In this document: one piece after another, positions 22,641 through 33,895 of the stretch | Layout: each line of letters starts with the position of its first letter | Position numbering within the stretch: the first letter of the stretch is position 1 | Program-made: the position numbers and the translations under genes | Source: Ignavibacteriota bacterium | Lineage (GTDB): Bacteria; Bacteroidota; Ignavibacteria; UBA10030 | Assembly (NCBI GenBank): GCA_963701295.1 | Contig: OY969585.1 | Span: forward strand, 896,001 to 960,000 | DNA: 64,000 nt | Direction of reading: 5' to 3' | Notes under the pieces: model-generated | Told to the model about the DNA's origin: nothing | The model's database searches: none | What the model saw: the letters and a program-made list of their open reading frames with translations, nothing else

Positions 22641-23990
22641 TTACAATTTTTCGCCATCGTCGCTTGACAACGTAAGTTTCTTAATGCGGATAGATTCGAT
22701 GACATTATCCATAACTTTTCCTATTGTAAACTCTACTCCGTTTGTTCTTATCTGCTCACCTACCATAGGAATATGTCCAAGCTGTTCGATAAGGAATCCA
22801 CTGATAGATCGGATATCCATCGGTGAGAGCTCGATCGCAATGAGTCGTTCAACATCATTCGTCGTAATGCTGCCATCAACGATATATTCATCCTCGCTGA
22901 TTTTAACAACATCTGGGGTCTCACGATCGTATTCATCCTGAATGCTGCCGACAAGTTCTTCCAGCACATTCTCCAGCGTAACGAGTCCTGCTGTGCCGCC
23001 ATATTCATCAGCAAGAATTATCATATGAGTCTTCTTTTGCAGAATCGTTGTCAGCGCCTTTTCAAGCGTTGCAGTTTCAGGCAGAAACGAAGCGTCACGA
23101 AGTACTGAATTCAGTGTGAAGTCCGGCTGCAAGTGTCGATCGTACTTAAAAATATCTTTTGTATAAACGATGCCGACGATGTTATCAATGGTGTCCTTGA
23201 AAACAGGAAAGCGGGAAAACTTATTCTTCCTCATCGTAGCAAGATTTTCCTTTACGGGTACCTGCATGGAAAGTGCCACAATTTCTTTTCGCGGTACCAT
23301 AGCATGCCGTGCTTGCTTTTGATGAAAATCCATAGCGTTGAGCGCAATGCTCCTTGTCGTAGTGGAAACATGAGTATCGTGTGCAAGAATCAAGCGAAGT
23401 TCTTCTTCTGAGTGTGCTAATTCAGAATCCGTGGAGGACTGGAGCCCCAAGAACCGAAGCAGACCATTGGAAGAAGTATTGAGTACCATGATAAGCGGCT
23501 TGAACAGAAAGAAAAAAAACCGCATGGGTGAGGAAACCACAAGAATGGTTTCTCGTGCTTTTTGAATAGCGAGCACTTTCGGCGCTTGTTCCCCGACAAT
23601 GATGTGGAGCGCAGTAATGAACGCGAAGGCAACTGCGAATGAGACACCGTGGATAACGTTCTGCTGTGTCAAACCAATCCATTGAAATATGGGAAGCAAC
23701 ATCTCTGCGGCAAGTGGTTCACCAATCCATCCAAGAATGAGCGATGTCATCGTAATGCCGAGTTGAGCAGCCGATAGATATGTGATGGTATGGGAAAGAA
23801 TCTCACGTGCAATCTTTGCGCGCCAGTTCCCTTTTGCAGCCAATGGTTCGATCTGCGTGAGACGTGCCTTAACGATTGCGAACTCTGCAGCAACAAAAAA
23901 ACCGTTTAGAAAAACGAACAGGAAAATTGTGAAAATATCAAAAAAATACTGCCAAAAACTCATGCATAATCTTTCTAGTGGTCGCACCAA
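22641..23990 (-). CDS. CNNM/HlyC-CorC family membrane protein (DUF21, two CBS domains, CorC)
   Basis: Motifs NGFFVAAEFAIV, QLGIT, GEQAPK, FSRFPV and DEYGGTAGLVTLENVLEELVG. Likely start is ATG 23963. Confidence 0.92.
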   Translation of the reverse strand: MVRPLERLCMSFWQYFFDIFTIFLFVFLNGFFVAAEFAIVKARLTQIEPLAAKGNWRAKIAREILSHTITYLSAAQLGITMTSLILGWIGEPLAAEMLLPIFQWIGLTQQNVIHGVSFAVAFAFITALHIIVGEQAPKVLAIQKARETILVVSSPMRFFFFLFKPLIMVLNTSSNGLLRFLGLQSSTDSELAHSEEELRLILAHDTHVSTTTRSIALNAMDFHQKQARHAMVPRKEIVALSMQVPVKENLATMRKNKFSRFPVFKDTIDNIVGIVYTKDIFKYDRHLQPDFTLNSVLRDASFLPETATLEKALTTILQKKTHMIILADEYGGTAGLVTLENVLEELVGSIQDEYDRETPDVVKISEDEYIVDGSITTNDVERLIAIELSPMDIRSISGFLIEQLGHIPMVGEQIRTNGVEFTIGKVMDNVIESIRIKKLTLSSDDGEKL

Positions 23991-24080
23991 TATAACCGAT
24001 TAAGACCAGTCCTTCAAGGAGATCATCGAAAACGGGAAAGCCCGTGTATTCTCTTGCTCTTATGCAGGTGCTCTGAAGAG

Positions 24081-26946
24081 TTATCGGCGAACTTGCTCCG
24101 ATATCCAACTGAGATACGCTTCAAGTCGTGTGAGGAATTTGAGGTAGGAAGTAGACCAATCGTCAGGATTGTCGGGTTTATTTTTACCAAGCAATTCCTG
24201 AAATACGCGCGCTACCTCCACAGCAATCTTCTTTTTACCTTCTTCAATAGCGGCTTCGACATCTGAAGAATAATACGCATGAAGGTTGCGAATGTCCTGT
24301 CGAATGCGCCCTTCCGGACCTTTACTTGCGAAGAAAGACATATCAGTTTTATTTCCACCGGACATTTCATAAATGATCAGATTCCATTGTTCCATCACAT
24401 CACGAAATTGTATTTCATTTTCACATGTATCCAAAGGCAGTTTCCGCGATGCCTTTTCTGTGGCAAAAGAATTGCGGAAGAGCAAATCTCCACCCACAAA
24501 CTGTGATACAAGATTGACGTCCGTGCGCCAGCCAAGTACACGCTGTACACCAATGTACACTTCTCGTTCAATATTTCGTCCGGCATTAGCGGCAAGTTTT
24601 GATTCCCATGCTCGTGCCATCTTTTTCATTTGTACTTCAAGGTCATGGTCGACCTTTGCTTTCGATGCTTCCATTGGCGTTGCAGGGGCAGTTGCTTTCA
24701 GTTTCTTATGAACCAGCGAGACTATTTCCTCTCGTTCCTTTTGACTCAATTCATCAAATTTCTTTACTGCATCAGCAAATGAAGGTTGCTGTTCGTCTGC
24801 TTCTGCTTGTAGTAACTGCAGCAATCGCGTAAACAGTCGATCCTGGTAAAGAAATTTGAAGTGTGACATGTCCGCAAGAACGTACAAGTCTTCTCCAACG
24901 CACGAAGCAATCGTATTGAAAAGAAGCGCAATTTTATGTTCGCCGACCATCTTATCATCAATTGAGTGCATCGTATAGTCTACACCTGCCATCGTGGTAT
25001 CAAAGATGATCGCTTGCTTCCGCCGGTTACAGAAGCTTTGTGGTGTGCCTACCTCTACATTCTTGATTCCCTGAATCCGCAATTGGAGTTTAGTATGCAA
25101 CGTCGGCCCGATGAAAGGGAGAACGACGCCAATGTCTTGTGTACTTCTTTCAGGTTTCATCAGCGCATGTTTAACACATTCTAGAGCTTGTTTAGTGTGG
25201 AGTTCGTTGTAGAGAAGATTTTTATTCTTGCCGGAATATTGCTTACAACGAGATCGAACCTTGCTCGTGTCAATAAAATAAATTTTACCTCTCGCCTGGA
25301 GTGAAGCAAAAATATCAATTTTATCATCAAACAGCACTGAAGATATAAATAACGACAGCTTCGGTGTTGTAGAATATTGCGATTTCATAAAGATCGACCA
25401 GCGCGGATTTTTCGCTGACCACTCAAATAGCTGATGAAGTTCCGTCGTCTGTGCAACATGCTGGAATATATCGCGTTGGAGCAATGGATCGGATTCCTCG
25501 TCCCTGGAGGCAGATACCGGTTCTACTTCAAATGGATCACCTGCGATGACTAACTTTTCACGTGCTAGAGTTGACAATGCCGCAAGTGTTGGCAGGTTAA
25601 CGCGCTGTGCTTCATGAACAATGACGAGATCGAATTGCTGACCCCGAATTGCAGGATCGATCAGAGCTGCATTAATACCGGTAGCAATGAAGAGCTTCGA
25701 TTGAAGAAGTGCCTGCTCATCCACTGCAACGAAATCTTCTACTGCCTTCGTGACTTTTTCCAAACCACCCAGTTCGTCAATTCTCTTCCCGATTTCTTTG
25801 AACTCCATTTGTTCTTTTGGTGTTACCGGTGCGTTAAGTTCTATTTCCGTAATCTCGTTCGATATTGCTTGTTGGATGGACAACAAACGGTTGTACATTT
25901 GTTGTTGGCGAGTTAATTGATCGTTTGCGGCGTTAAGATCGTTCTTGGAAAATCCTTTCTTCATTCGCTCGATGAATGATGCATTTTCCAAATCGGCAAT
26001 GCTCTGATTTAGTTGAGTTTTTTCTTTAGAAATTTTTTCGATTTGCTTACGAAGATCTGCCAGGCGATCACGTTTTTCCTGCACCTTCTTATAGAAATCC
26101 TCATTGAGTATCTGTTTTATCTTAATTCGCCAGTGAGCGTTCAGGAGAGATACTCGTTCTTGAAATACCTTGCGCTTTTCCTCCTTAGCCGTTTCTACCT
26201 GATGTTCGAACGAATATTGAGCTATTGCTCCGAATGATTCCGGCGACGGGAGATCTACACGTGCTACAAACTTTGTCATTTTTACGCCAAGTTGTTCACC
26301 GATAGTGACGGTTTTCAACAGCACGGCATCTACATCATTATTGGATGGTGAAACGAACAATACCTTTCGACCGGCTTTCATATAGCTAATCGCGGCGAGG
26401 ATAAGCACTTGAGTTGTGCTGGAAAGACTGGGCCCCCACAACATTGTAACCCTGTTTTGCCAAATCTTTTTCACTGCCTCGATTTGTTCGGGCGGCGTTT
26501 TATCTTGTTTTTGCACTTCATAATTTACGATATGACTATTCTGACTATCAGCAGGATTGAAAAGCAGGAATGGGATTAACGATTTTCCATCGAGTTTCTG
26601 CAACAAATTGATGGTCGGCTTTAGTTCATGCTCGATGGTCCCATGAACAGAGAGTCTCTGGCAGTGATTCGCCAAAATCCTGAGGCAAAGCGACCGTGAG
26701 GTATTGATTTTCTATCGCAATGACATTTCCAATTACTTTGATGAGCTGCTGCTGGCCGAATGTAAATGTTGCAAGTTCCGCGGTGTGAAAAAGAATATCT
26801 TCGGGAATCTCAAATCGATAATATGTATTTCCCGCAAAAACACCAAGACGCTCTCCGCTGAACAATCGTATCTCTCGGCGAACAGTTTTTAGTTGTGTAA
26901 GTTCTTTATTCAGTGAATTTGTAAGTTGCATCAATAACTGTTTCAC
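24081..26946 (-). CDS. UPF1/DNA2-like superfamily-1 helicase-fold protein with degenerate catalytic motifs, split by one frameshift near 26640
   Basis: ORFs 26626-26946 and 24081-26675 join if one base is removed at tgg gac cat c gag. SF1 motifs occur in the correct order but are substituted: GPSLSSTT, SNNDVD, IVHEAQ, GDPFEV, SQYST, GTPQSFCN, FNTIASC. Confidence 0.75.
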
Positions 26947-27016
26947 GTTCTTTCGTTTGCCTCTCTACGGGTAGGTACGCTTCAATCCCTTTATAAGCGG
27001 AATTACATGAAACCTA

Positions 27017-27076
27017 TGACTTTTGCGTGTAAAGTCAAGAAATCTACACACCTATGGGTATCTACTTAGGTGTGTA
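27017..27076. promoter_or_regulatory. Two inverted repeats in the divergent promoter region
   Basis: TGACTTT-N7-AAAGTCA (27017-27037, overlapping a minus-strand TTGACT) and TACACACCTA-N12-TAGGTGTGTA (27045-27076). Confidence 0.5.
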
Positions 27077-27133
27077 CAAACACTATCAAGATTTTTACAT
27101 GATATTTTCTTATCCTCAAAATGAAGAAAAATT

Positions 27134-28546
27134 ATGGACAAACTTAACGTTATCATCATCGGCGGTGGATTAAGCGGATTAAGCGCAGCAGTTGAACTCT
27201 GTGCCCGTGGACACAGAACTTTAGTGCTCGAACAACATCAGTACCCAGGTGGACGAACCTATTCCTTCATTAATGCCGCAACGAGCGATTCGATAGACAA
27301 TGGTCAACATTTGATGATGGGATGTTACCACGCAACGCGGCGATATATGCGCATCATAGGAACAGAATACCTTACTTTGCTTCAACCAAGTCTTCGCATC
27401 AGGTTTCTTCATCCATCCAAAAGTTCTATACATCTCACATGTCCTCCACTGCGAGCTCCTTTGCACTTGTTGGGAGGATTAATGAGATTCAAAGGCATTC
27501 CCCTTAAAAACCGCATGGAAATGCTTATTGTAGCAAAGCAATTATTCTACACATCGCTTTCCAAAGAGCAGGAACTTGATAAGCTCAATGTGGAAGAGTG
27601 GCTGGTAAAGCTAGGGCAATCAAATTTAAGTAGAAAATTCTTGTGGGATGTTATTACCATCGGAGCATTAAACAACCATCCCAAAAACGTCTCGGCATTG
27701 ATGTTGTTTCGAGTATTGCGCGCTGCGTTTTTAGGAAAACACGAGCATTCGAGCATTCTTCTTCCCCGTGCCGGCTTAAGTGATGTGCTGGTGAATCCGG
27801 CGGTAGATTTTATTCGGCGAAGCGGCGGTGAAGTTTTATTGAGTACCGAAGTTTCGCAATTTCGCTTTGTAGATGAAGAAATTATCTCGGTATCAACACT
27901 AGATGGAAAAAAATTTCGCGCGCAAGTGTTCTTAAGCGCTATTCCGTGGTTTGGGCTTGATCGGCTTCTTTCCAACAGCGGTATAAGTCCTGAGTTGGTG
28001 ATTAAGACACCATCCAGAGAGATCTGTGATTGGGATCGGTTCAAACCATCACCCATCATTTCAATCCAATTGTGGTTTGATCGGATAATCATGGAAGAAG
28101 AATTTGCCGCTTTAATCGACACACGAGTGCAATGGGTATTTGATAAAAGTTTGAAATTCCGTAGGCATCTGGGTCGTGAAGCATCAAAACAGCAGAAGGA
28201 GAAGGGGCAGCATCTCTCTTTGGTGATCAGTGGAGCGCAGGAATTTGTGGAGTTGAGCAAAGAAGAGTTGCTGACAATCGCAATGAAAGATTTACGGCGG
28301 GTACTGCCGAAAGCAAATAATGCGAATATTGTTCACTCCATTGTGATAAAAGAGAAACGCGCAACATTTTCTCCTGCACCCGGACTCGAAGCGATGCGCC
28401 CTTTCCCGGAAACCACATTTTCTAATTTGTTTCTTGCCGGTGATTGGACCAATACTGGTCTTCCTGCAACTATTGAAGGTGCGGTGTTAAGTGGAAGGAA
28501 AGCAGCGGAATTGATTTGCGAATTTAAAACCACTCACGAAAAATAG
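27134..28546 (+). CDS. hpnE: Hydroxysqualene dehydroxylase HpnE-like FAD oxidoreductase
   Basis: Motifs GGGLSGLSAA, GGRTYS, DNGQHLMMGCY, EKRATF and AGDWTNTGLPATIEGAVLSG. Confidence 0.85.
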   Translation: MDKLNVIIIGGGLSGLSAAVELCARGHRTLVLEQHQYPGGRTYSFINAATSDSIDNGQHLMMGCYHATRRYMRIIGTEYLTLLQPSLRIRFLHPSKSSIHLTCPPLRAPLHLLGGLMRFKGIPLKNRMEMLIVAKQLFYTSLSKEQELDKLNVEEWLVKLGQSNLSRKFLWDVITIGALNNHPKNVSALMLFRVLRAAFLGKHEHSSILLPRAGLSDVLVNPAVDFIRRSGGEVLLSTEVSQFRFVDEEIISVSTLDGKKFRAQVFLSAIPWFGLDRLLSNSGISPELVIKTPSREICDWDRFKPSPIISIQLWFDRIIMEEEFAALIDTRVQWVFDKSLKFRRHLGREASKQQKEKGQHLSLVISGAQEFVELSKEELLTIAMKDLRRVLPKANNANIVHSIVIKEKRATFSPAPGLEAMRPFPETTFSNLFLAGDWTNTGLPATIEGAVLSGRKAAELICEFKTTHEK

Positions 28547-28655
28547 ATCGTTCATATTCTCTCCTTTATATAAATCCATTACTAGCGGCCCGTCTGTATT
28601 CTCTCCGTTAAGCATGCATCATCTTTTTCTATTTGCCACATTCTTTCTTCCACGC

Positions 28656-31202
28656 TTACATCATTCCCTGCGGGTCAACATCGATAATCATTTTGATCTT
28701 CCTGTTCGAGGCAATGGAGGATGTTTCATACTGTGCTTTTGCTTTGAGGAGTGCAGAACGAAGAAACGAGCCGGAAGGATCACTGCTTTTTAGATCTTTC
28801 ACTACGACATGCTTACGATACACATTTTTGATCTTCGGGATGGCGGCATCGGCAGGACCAAGAACAATGAATCGCTTTTGTTGGTTATGCATCGCGAGAA
28901 ACTCGGCAAACTTTTTTGCGTGATGCTGAACTTCATTTTCCCGTTCACCTGAAAATTCCAGAAGCACAATCCGAGAAAATGGCGGATAGTCCAATTCACG
29001 CCGATATTCTAATTCTTCTTTATAGAATCCATGGAAATCATGCAAGATGACATGCTTCAAGCTGTAGTGATCTGGTTGCAATGTCTGGATAACAACTTCA
29101 CCGGCAAGATTACTTCTTCCTGCCCGGCCTGAGACTTGTGTGAGCAATTGAAAAGTGCCTTCGGAAGCACGAAAATCTGGAAGAAGCATTTGCGTATCGG
29201 CAGAAATCACACCCACCAGAGTCACGCGCGGAAAATCCAATCCCTTTGCAACCATTTGTGTGCCGAGGAGAATGTCCGCTTTACCGGATTCAAACTGCTT
29301 CAGAATTTGATTGTGTGCTCCTTTGCCGCTTGTGGTATCACGATCCATCCGCAATATGATTGCCTTTGGAAAGAGTTCCTGTAATTCTTCCTGTACTTGC
29401 TGTGTGCCGAATGCATGCATGCGCAGTTCTATACTACTGCACTTCGGGCAGATTGTCGGCGGCTTCTTCACAAAGCCACAGTAGTGACAGCGAAGATGTT
29501 TTTTCGTGGTATGGAACGTCAGCGAGACTTCACAGTTGTCGCACTTTTCTACGTAGCCGCATTCGTAGCATTCCATAACATGCGAGAAACCGCGCCTGTT
29601 TTGAAGAAGAATCGTTCCTTCTTTACGCTCAAGTCGTTTGACAATTTGTGATTGAAGAAGTTGCGAAATGGAAGAATCTGGCAAACGTTTAGGAAATGGT
29701 TTCGCACTTATCTTGATTTCTTTCTTTAAATCTTCGTACACACGCCGCCGTTCTTTTGCCATATCGACAATATTGATAGTTGGAAGCTGGGCGGTGTCAA
29801 CACGATTGGGAAGTTCAAGAAGTGTGTACTTTTCGTGGATGGCATTGGCATAACTCTCTGCCGATGGAGTCGCTGAACCGAGCACAACCACTGCCTTGAT
29901 ATGCGATGCACGGACAAGCGCAACATCGCGAGCGTTGTAACGCGGCGCGGCATCGTATTGCTTGTAAGAGCCGTCGTGCTCTTCATCAACTACAATCAGC
30001 CCGATGTTTTCCAAAGGTGCAAAGATTGCCGAGCGTGGCCCGATGACGATCCTTGCTTTCCCTTGATGCGCCATACGCCATGCATCATACCGCTCACCAA
30101 TGGACATTTGACTATGCATCACCGTAACGTCATCGCCAAAATGCGCTTTGAATCGTCGAACTGTTTGTGGTGTGAGTGAAATTTCCGGAACCAAAACAAT
30201 CGCTGTTTTACCAAGTGTCATTATATTGCGAATTGCTTCGATATACACTTGCGTTTTTCCGCTGCCAGTGATGCCGTGCAAAAGAAATGCACGGAATGAA
30301 CATGCCAACGTCGCAGCAACAATTTCGTTAAGTGCGTGCTGCTGGTTTGTATTCAACGTGATATTGGATGGCGGTTCGATTGGCTCAAACTCTGAGCGCC
30401 GGAATACTTCGCGCTCGCCCATACGCAGCAGACCGTTTTTTACTAGTGTCTTTAGAGAAGAGAGCGAGCCGTGATGGCGTTGCAAAAAGGAATTGATTTC
30501 GATCGAATCGGCTTCGGAAGATATTTCCTTCCGGAGTGCATCAATAATAAAAAGCTGCTTGGCAGAAAGCGATGCTGTGCTTGTTTTATCCGTAAAAATT
30601 TTCAATCCGCTGGATGCTATGGCAACAAAACGTTCCAACTTCAGTTTCGCTTTCGGCTTTTCGATTTCTTCTGTTATAGAAATCCATCCACGTTGGTGCA
30701 TCTCGCTTAAAATCGCATGAATACTTTTCGTGTGCGATTTCCGTTGGACTTGTGCAAGGTTCACTGGTGCACCATGGGCTAATGCCTGCAGTATAGCGTG
30801 CTGCTGTGGTGCAGATTTCTTCGTTGCCTGAAGAAGAACTTCAATGTCTTGAGTAACCAGGCGGATAATCTGCTTGCTTACCTGTGACAATCCCTGCGGC
30901 GTTGCAGCTCTTAGTACTTCGCCCCAGGGTGTAAAATAGTATTCACTGATCCACTTAGTAAGTAAAAGCATTTCCGGCGAAAATGTCGGTTTCGTATCGA
31001 GAATATCGGTTATTGGTTTGAGTCCCCGGACATCCGTCGTTGCCGGCAGTCCAACGATGACGCCGGTGAGATGTTTTTTTCCGAAGGGAACAAGTACGCG
31101 CTTGCCGGGAAGAACTGACGGCTGAAGTTCAGGTGAAACGAGATATGTGAACATGCGGTCGATGGGAACTGGGAGGGCGATATCGACGAGAAACTGTTGC
31201 AC
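28656..31202 (-). CDS. priA: Primosomal protein N'
   Basis: GITGSGKT, VPEISLTPQ, DEEH, two Cys-rich zinc motifs, GTQMVAKGLDFP and QVSGRAGR. Confidence 0.97.
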   Translation of the reverse strand: MQQFLVDIALPVPIDRMFTYLVSPELQPSVLPGKRVLVPFGKKHLTGVIVGLPATTDVRGLKPITDILDTKPTFSPEMLLLTKWISEYYFTPWGEVLRAATPQGLSQVSKQIIRLVTQDIEVLLQATKKSAPQQHAILQALAHGAPVNLAQVQRKSHTKSIHAILSEMHQRGWISITEEIEKPKAKLKLERFVAIASSGLKIFTDKTSTASLSAKQLFIIDALRKEISSEADSIEINSFLQRHHGSLSSLKTLVKNGLLRMGEREVFRRSEFEPIEPPSNITLNTNQQHALNEIVAATLACSFRAFLLHGITGSGKTQVYIEAIRNIMTLGKTAIVLVPEISLTPQTVRRFKAHFGDDVTVMHSQMSIGERYDAWRMAHQGKARIVIGPRSAIFAPLENIGLIVVDEEHDGSYKQYDAAPRYNARDVALVRASHIKAVVVLGSATPSAESYANAIHEKYTLLELPNRVDTAQLPTINIVDMAKERRRVYEDLKKEIKISAKPFPKRLPDSSISQLLQSQIVKRLERKEGTILLQNRRGFSHVMECYECGYVEKCDNCEVSLTFHTTKKHLRCHYCGFVKKPPTICPKCSSIELRMHAFGTQQVQEELQELFPKAIILRMDRDTTSGKGAHNQILKQFESGKADILLGTQMVAKGLDFPRVTLVGVISADTQMLLPDFRASEGTFQLLTQVSGRAGRSNLAGEVVIQTLQPDHYSLKHVILHDFHGFYKEELEYRRELDYPPFSRIVLLEFSGERENEVQHHAKKFAEFLAMHNQQKRFIVLGPADAAIPKIKNVYRKHVVVKDLKSSDPSGSFLRSALLKAKAQYETSSIASNRKIKMIIDVDPQGMM

Positions 31203-31258
31203 AAATTACTGAAGAGTGATAAATAAACGATTCTCGATGAAGGAAGGATAAATCGATC

Positions 31259-32425
31259 TCAACTGTTCAACTCGCGTTCAAAAATTCGATAAACTTCTGC
31301 AAGAGGAACGTTCTTCTCCGAAGCGATACGTTTACATTCTTCGAACTCTACACGCAGTTGCTCTTTCCCTTCCACGACGATCACTTTGACAGAAACAATG
31401 CCGAACGATGTATTCATCTGTTTGTGAGCACGGAGCAGCTTCTTCCGTTCGACCGGTTGAATGCGCACACCAAGGGTCGTTGTCTCGCGGAAAACAATAC
31501 CAAGGATTCGCTCGATCTTTGCGCGCTCCACAAGCACCGAAAGGAGAATGCCTGGTCGTCCTTTTTTCATCACAATCGGAATAAGATAGGCGTCGTGCGC
31601 ACCGGCAGTTATAAGCTTCTCGATGACGTACGGATAAATCTCTGGATTCATATTATCGATGTTGGTTTCAATGCTTACAATTTGATCGGCAACGTACTCT
31701 GGTTCTAGTTCACCTATGAGAACACGCAGGAGGTTCGGAAGTTGTTCAATCTCGCGTCCCCCTGCGCCATAACCAATCGTGGATACTTGGATTTTTTCTG
31801 TACTCAACACACCCTGCGAAAGCGCTTTGATAATTGCGGCTCCGGTTGGTGTCGTCAGTTCAAACGGAACATCAGTCAATACAATAGGATAGTCTTTGAG
31901 AATTTCCATCGTTGCAGGTGTGGGAACGGGCAGCATGCCGTGCTGGGTTTTCACCATCCCGCCGTTGCCGACTTTCACCGGCGATGAATAAACAGCTTGA
32001 ATGCCAAACTTTTCTAAACAGATCGATGCTCCTACAATATCTACCAATGAATCGATTGCTCCGACTTCATGAAAGTGCACCTTTTCGATACTGCTGTTAT
32101 GAACTTTTGCTTCCGCACTTGCGACTTCATGAAATATTTTCTTTGCGCGTTCTTTTACATTCAGGGAAAGAGCACTCTTATCAATAAGTATTTCGATATC
32201 TTTTAAATGCCGATGGTAATGCGGTTGTTCGGAAATGACGACATCTACTTTAACAGCAACAATACCGTTTCGCGTGATATGTTGTGCCGAAAGCTCGAAT
32301 CCGCTCAGTTTGAGTTTCTGAAGTTCAGAAATCAACTCGTCAATGGAAACACCTGCACTAACGAACGCGCTAAGTGTCATATCACCACTGATGCCAGAGA
32401 TTGTGTCGAAGTATGCTATTTTCAT
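31259..32425 (-). CDS. larC: Nickel pincer cofactor biosynthesis protein LarC
   Basis: Motifs SGISGDM, VHFHEVGAIDS, ELTTPTGAA, ETNIDNM, MKKGRPG and ETTTLGVR. Confidence 0.92.
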   Translation of the reverse strand: MKIAYFDTISGISGDMTLSAFVSAGVSIDELISELQKLKLSGFELSAQHITRNGIVAVKVDVVISEQPHYHRHLKDIEILIDKSALSLNVKERAKKIFHEVASAEAKVHNSSIEKVHFHEVGAIDSLVDIVGASICLEKFGIQAVYSSPVKVGNGGMVKTQHGMLPVPTPATMEILKDYPIVLTDVPFELTTPTGAAIIKALSQGVLSTEKIQVSTIGYGAGGREIEQLPNLLRVLIGELEPEYVADQIVSIETNIDNMNPEIYPYVIEKLITAGAHDAYLIPIVMKKGRPGILLSVLVERAKIERILGIVFRETTTLGVRIQPVERKKLLRAHKQMNTSFGIVSVKVIVVEGKEQLRVEFEECKRIASEKNVPLAEVYRIFERELNS

Positions 32426-32456
32426 GAAAGAATTATTACAAAATTAATTTTTTGTA

Positions 32457-33735
32457 TTATAGAACTTTCGCAAGATGCTCCATGAATCGTTCTGTCGCAC
32501 CAATATTTTCTTTTACTAATTTCAATGCCGCGTTTCCTGCGGTTGTCCTTGCTTTTGTATCACCAAGCAATGCACGGAGTGCTCTATAGCATTCCAGTTG
32601 ATCGTTGATAAGAAATCCACCGCCGCGACGGAGAAGTTCCAGTGCTTCCTGAGAATTTGTATGTCGCGGTCCAAAGATAACGGGAATTCCGTAGACTGCC
32701 GGTTCTAGGTACATTGTGAACACCCTGCCGGAAACTGCCTCCAACATATGCGATATCCGCATACTGGTACAATGCCATCAATATTCCAACGCTGTCGACG
32801 ATAATAATCCGTTCGCGTGAATAATCGTTCAGTAGAGAAAATCGAATAGATTTTGTCTTGAAAGGAAGCTGCTTCTCAATTGCTTCCAGCGCTTCTTCCG
32901 TTGGCTCATGCGGGACAAGAATCGCAAGAACTTTTGGATCGTATTCTAAAAGTTTCTTGATTGTCGGCAAGAGCACTTCTTCATCTTCAGGCCACGTACT
33001 GCCGGCAATGAAAATTTTTTTATCCTTCAAAATAGAGAGCGGAATGAGATGTTTCTTCTTAGCATCGGCACTACGTTGCCAAACCTGATCGTACCGAGTC
33101 TCGCCAATCTCTTGAATAAAGGGATGGGTCAGTCCAAACAGAGAAAATGCTTCAACATCTTTTGCAGAGACGGTAAGGATGGATACGAAATCGTTAAATA
33201 GTAATCGATGGAAACTTTTTATGAATGGATAGAATCTCGCTGATGATGCGCGCATTGTAGCGTTGGCGATAAAGGTTGATATATTTCTTGCACTCAGTTC
33301 CCATAAATGATTCGGCCATACATCGTACCGAACAAAAACTGCAGCTGTTGGTTGAAGCAGATCGAGGAAGCGACGAGCATTTGCTTTTGTATCGAATGGA
33401 ATATATGTAATTATATCGGCAAGTTTATAATTCTTTGAATGATCGTACCCTGATGGAGAGAAGAATGTGACGATGATATCAACGTCGTGGTATTTCTTTC
33501 GTAGAGCGGCAATGATCGGCTTTGCTTGCTCAAATTCACCCATAGAGGATGAATGGAACCATATGCGTCTTTTTGATTTCAGTCTTTTTAGATCATACTC
33601 AATTTTCTCAAACAATCCCTTTCGCCCTTGAATTCCTCGTCTGATTTTGAAGTTGAAAAGTGCAGTAAATTGTAAAAGTATCCAGAATAAGGGGATAAAT
33701 AACCAATTATAAACGATAAACCACAATTTTTTCAT
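32457..33735 (-). CDS. waaA: Kdo transferase with an apparent +1 frameshift at 32708-32709
   Basis: Motifs WFHSSSMGEF, TFFSPSG, GETRYD, AGSTW and YVGGSF. Removing one base in gta ccta gaa restores HNVLEPAVYGIPVIFGP. Confidence 0.9.
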
Positions 33736-33895
33736 ACTACTTTATCATAGATGGATTATTTGAAATTCGGAATTATGGTAGAGAAAGTTTAATGGAAATG
33801 CAAGGAATGTGAAAAGAGAATAGAATTGAACATATACTTCTGAATAACCAAGGTAGTCGCTCTTATCGTTTCTCTTTCCGGTGAATTGCTCAGCA

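Noticed and set aside
32457-33735. waaA, miaB and the SPOR gene as true pseudogenes
   Set aside because: Each has a single homopolymer indel and no other decay, so assembly error is more parsimonious.
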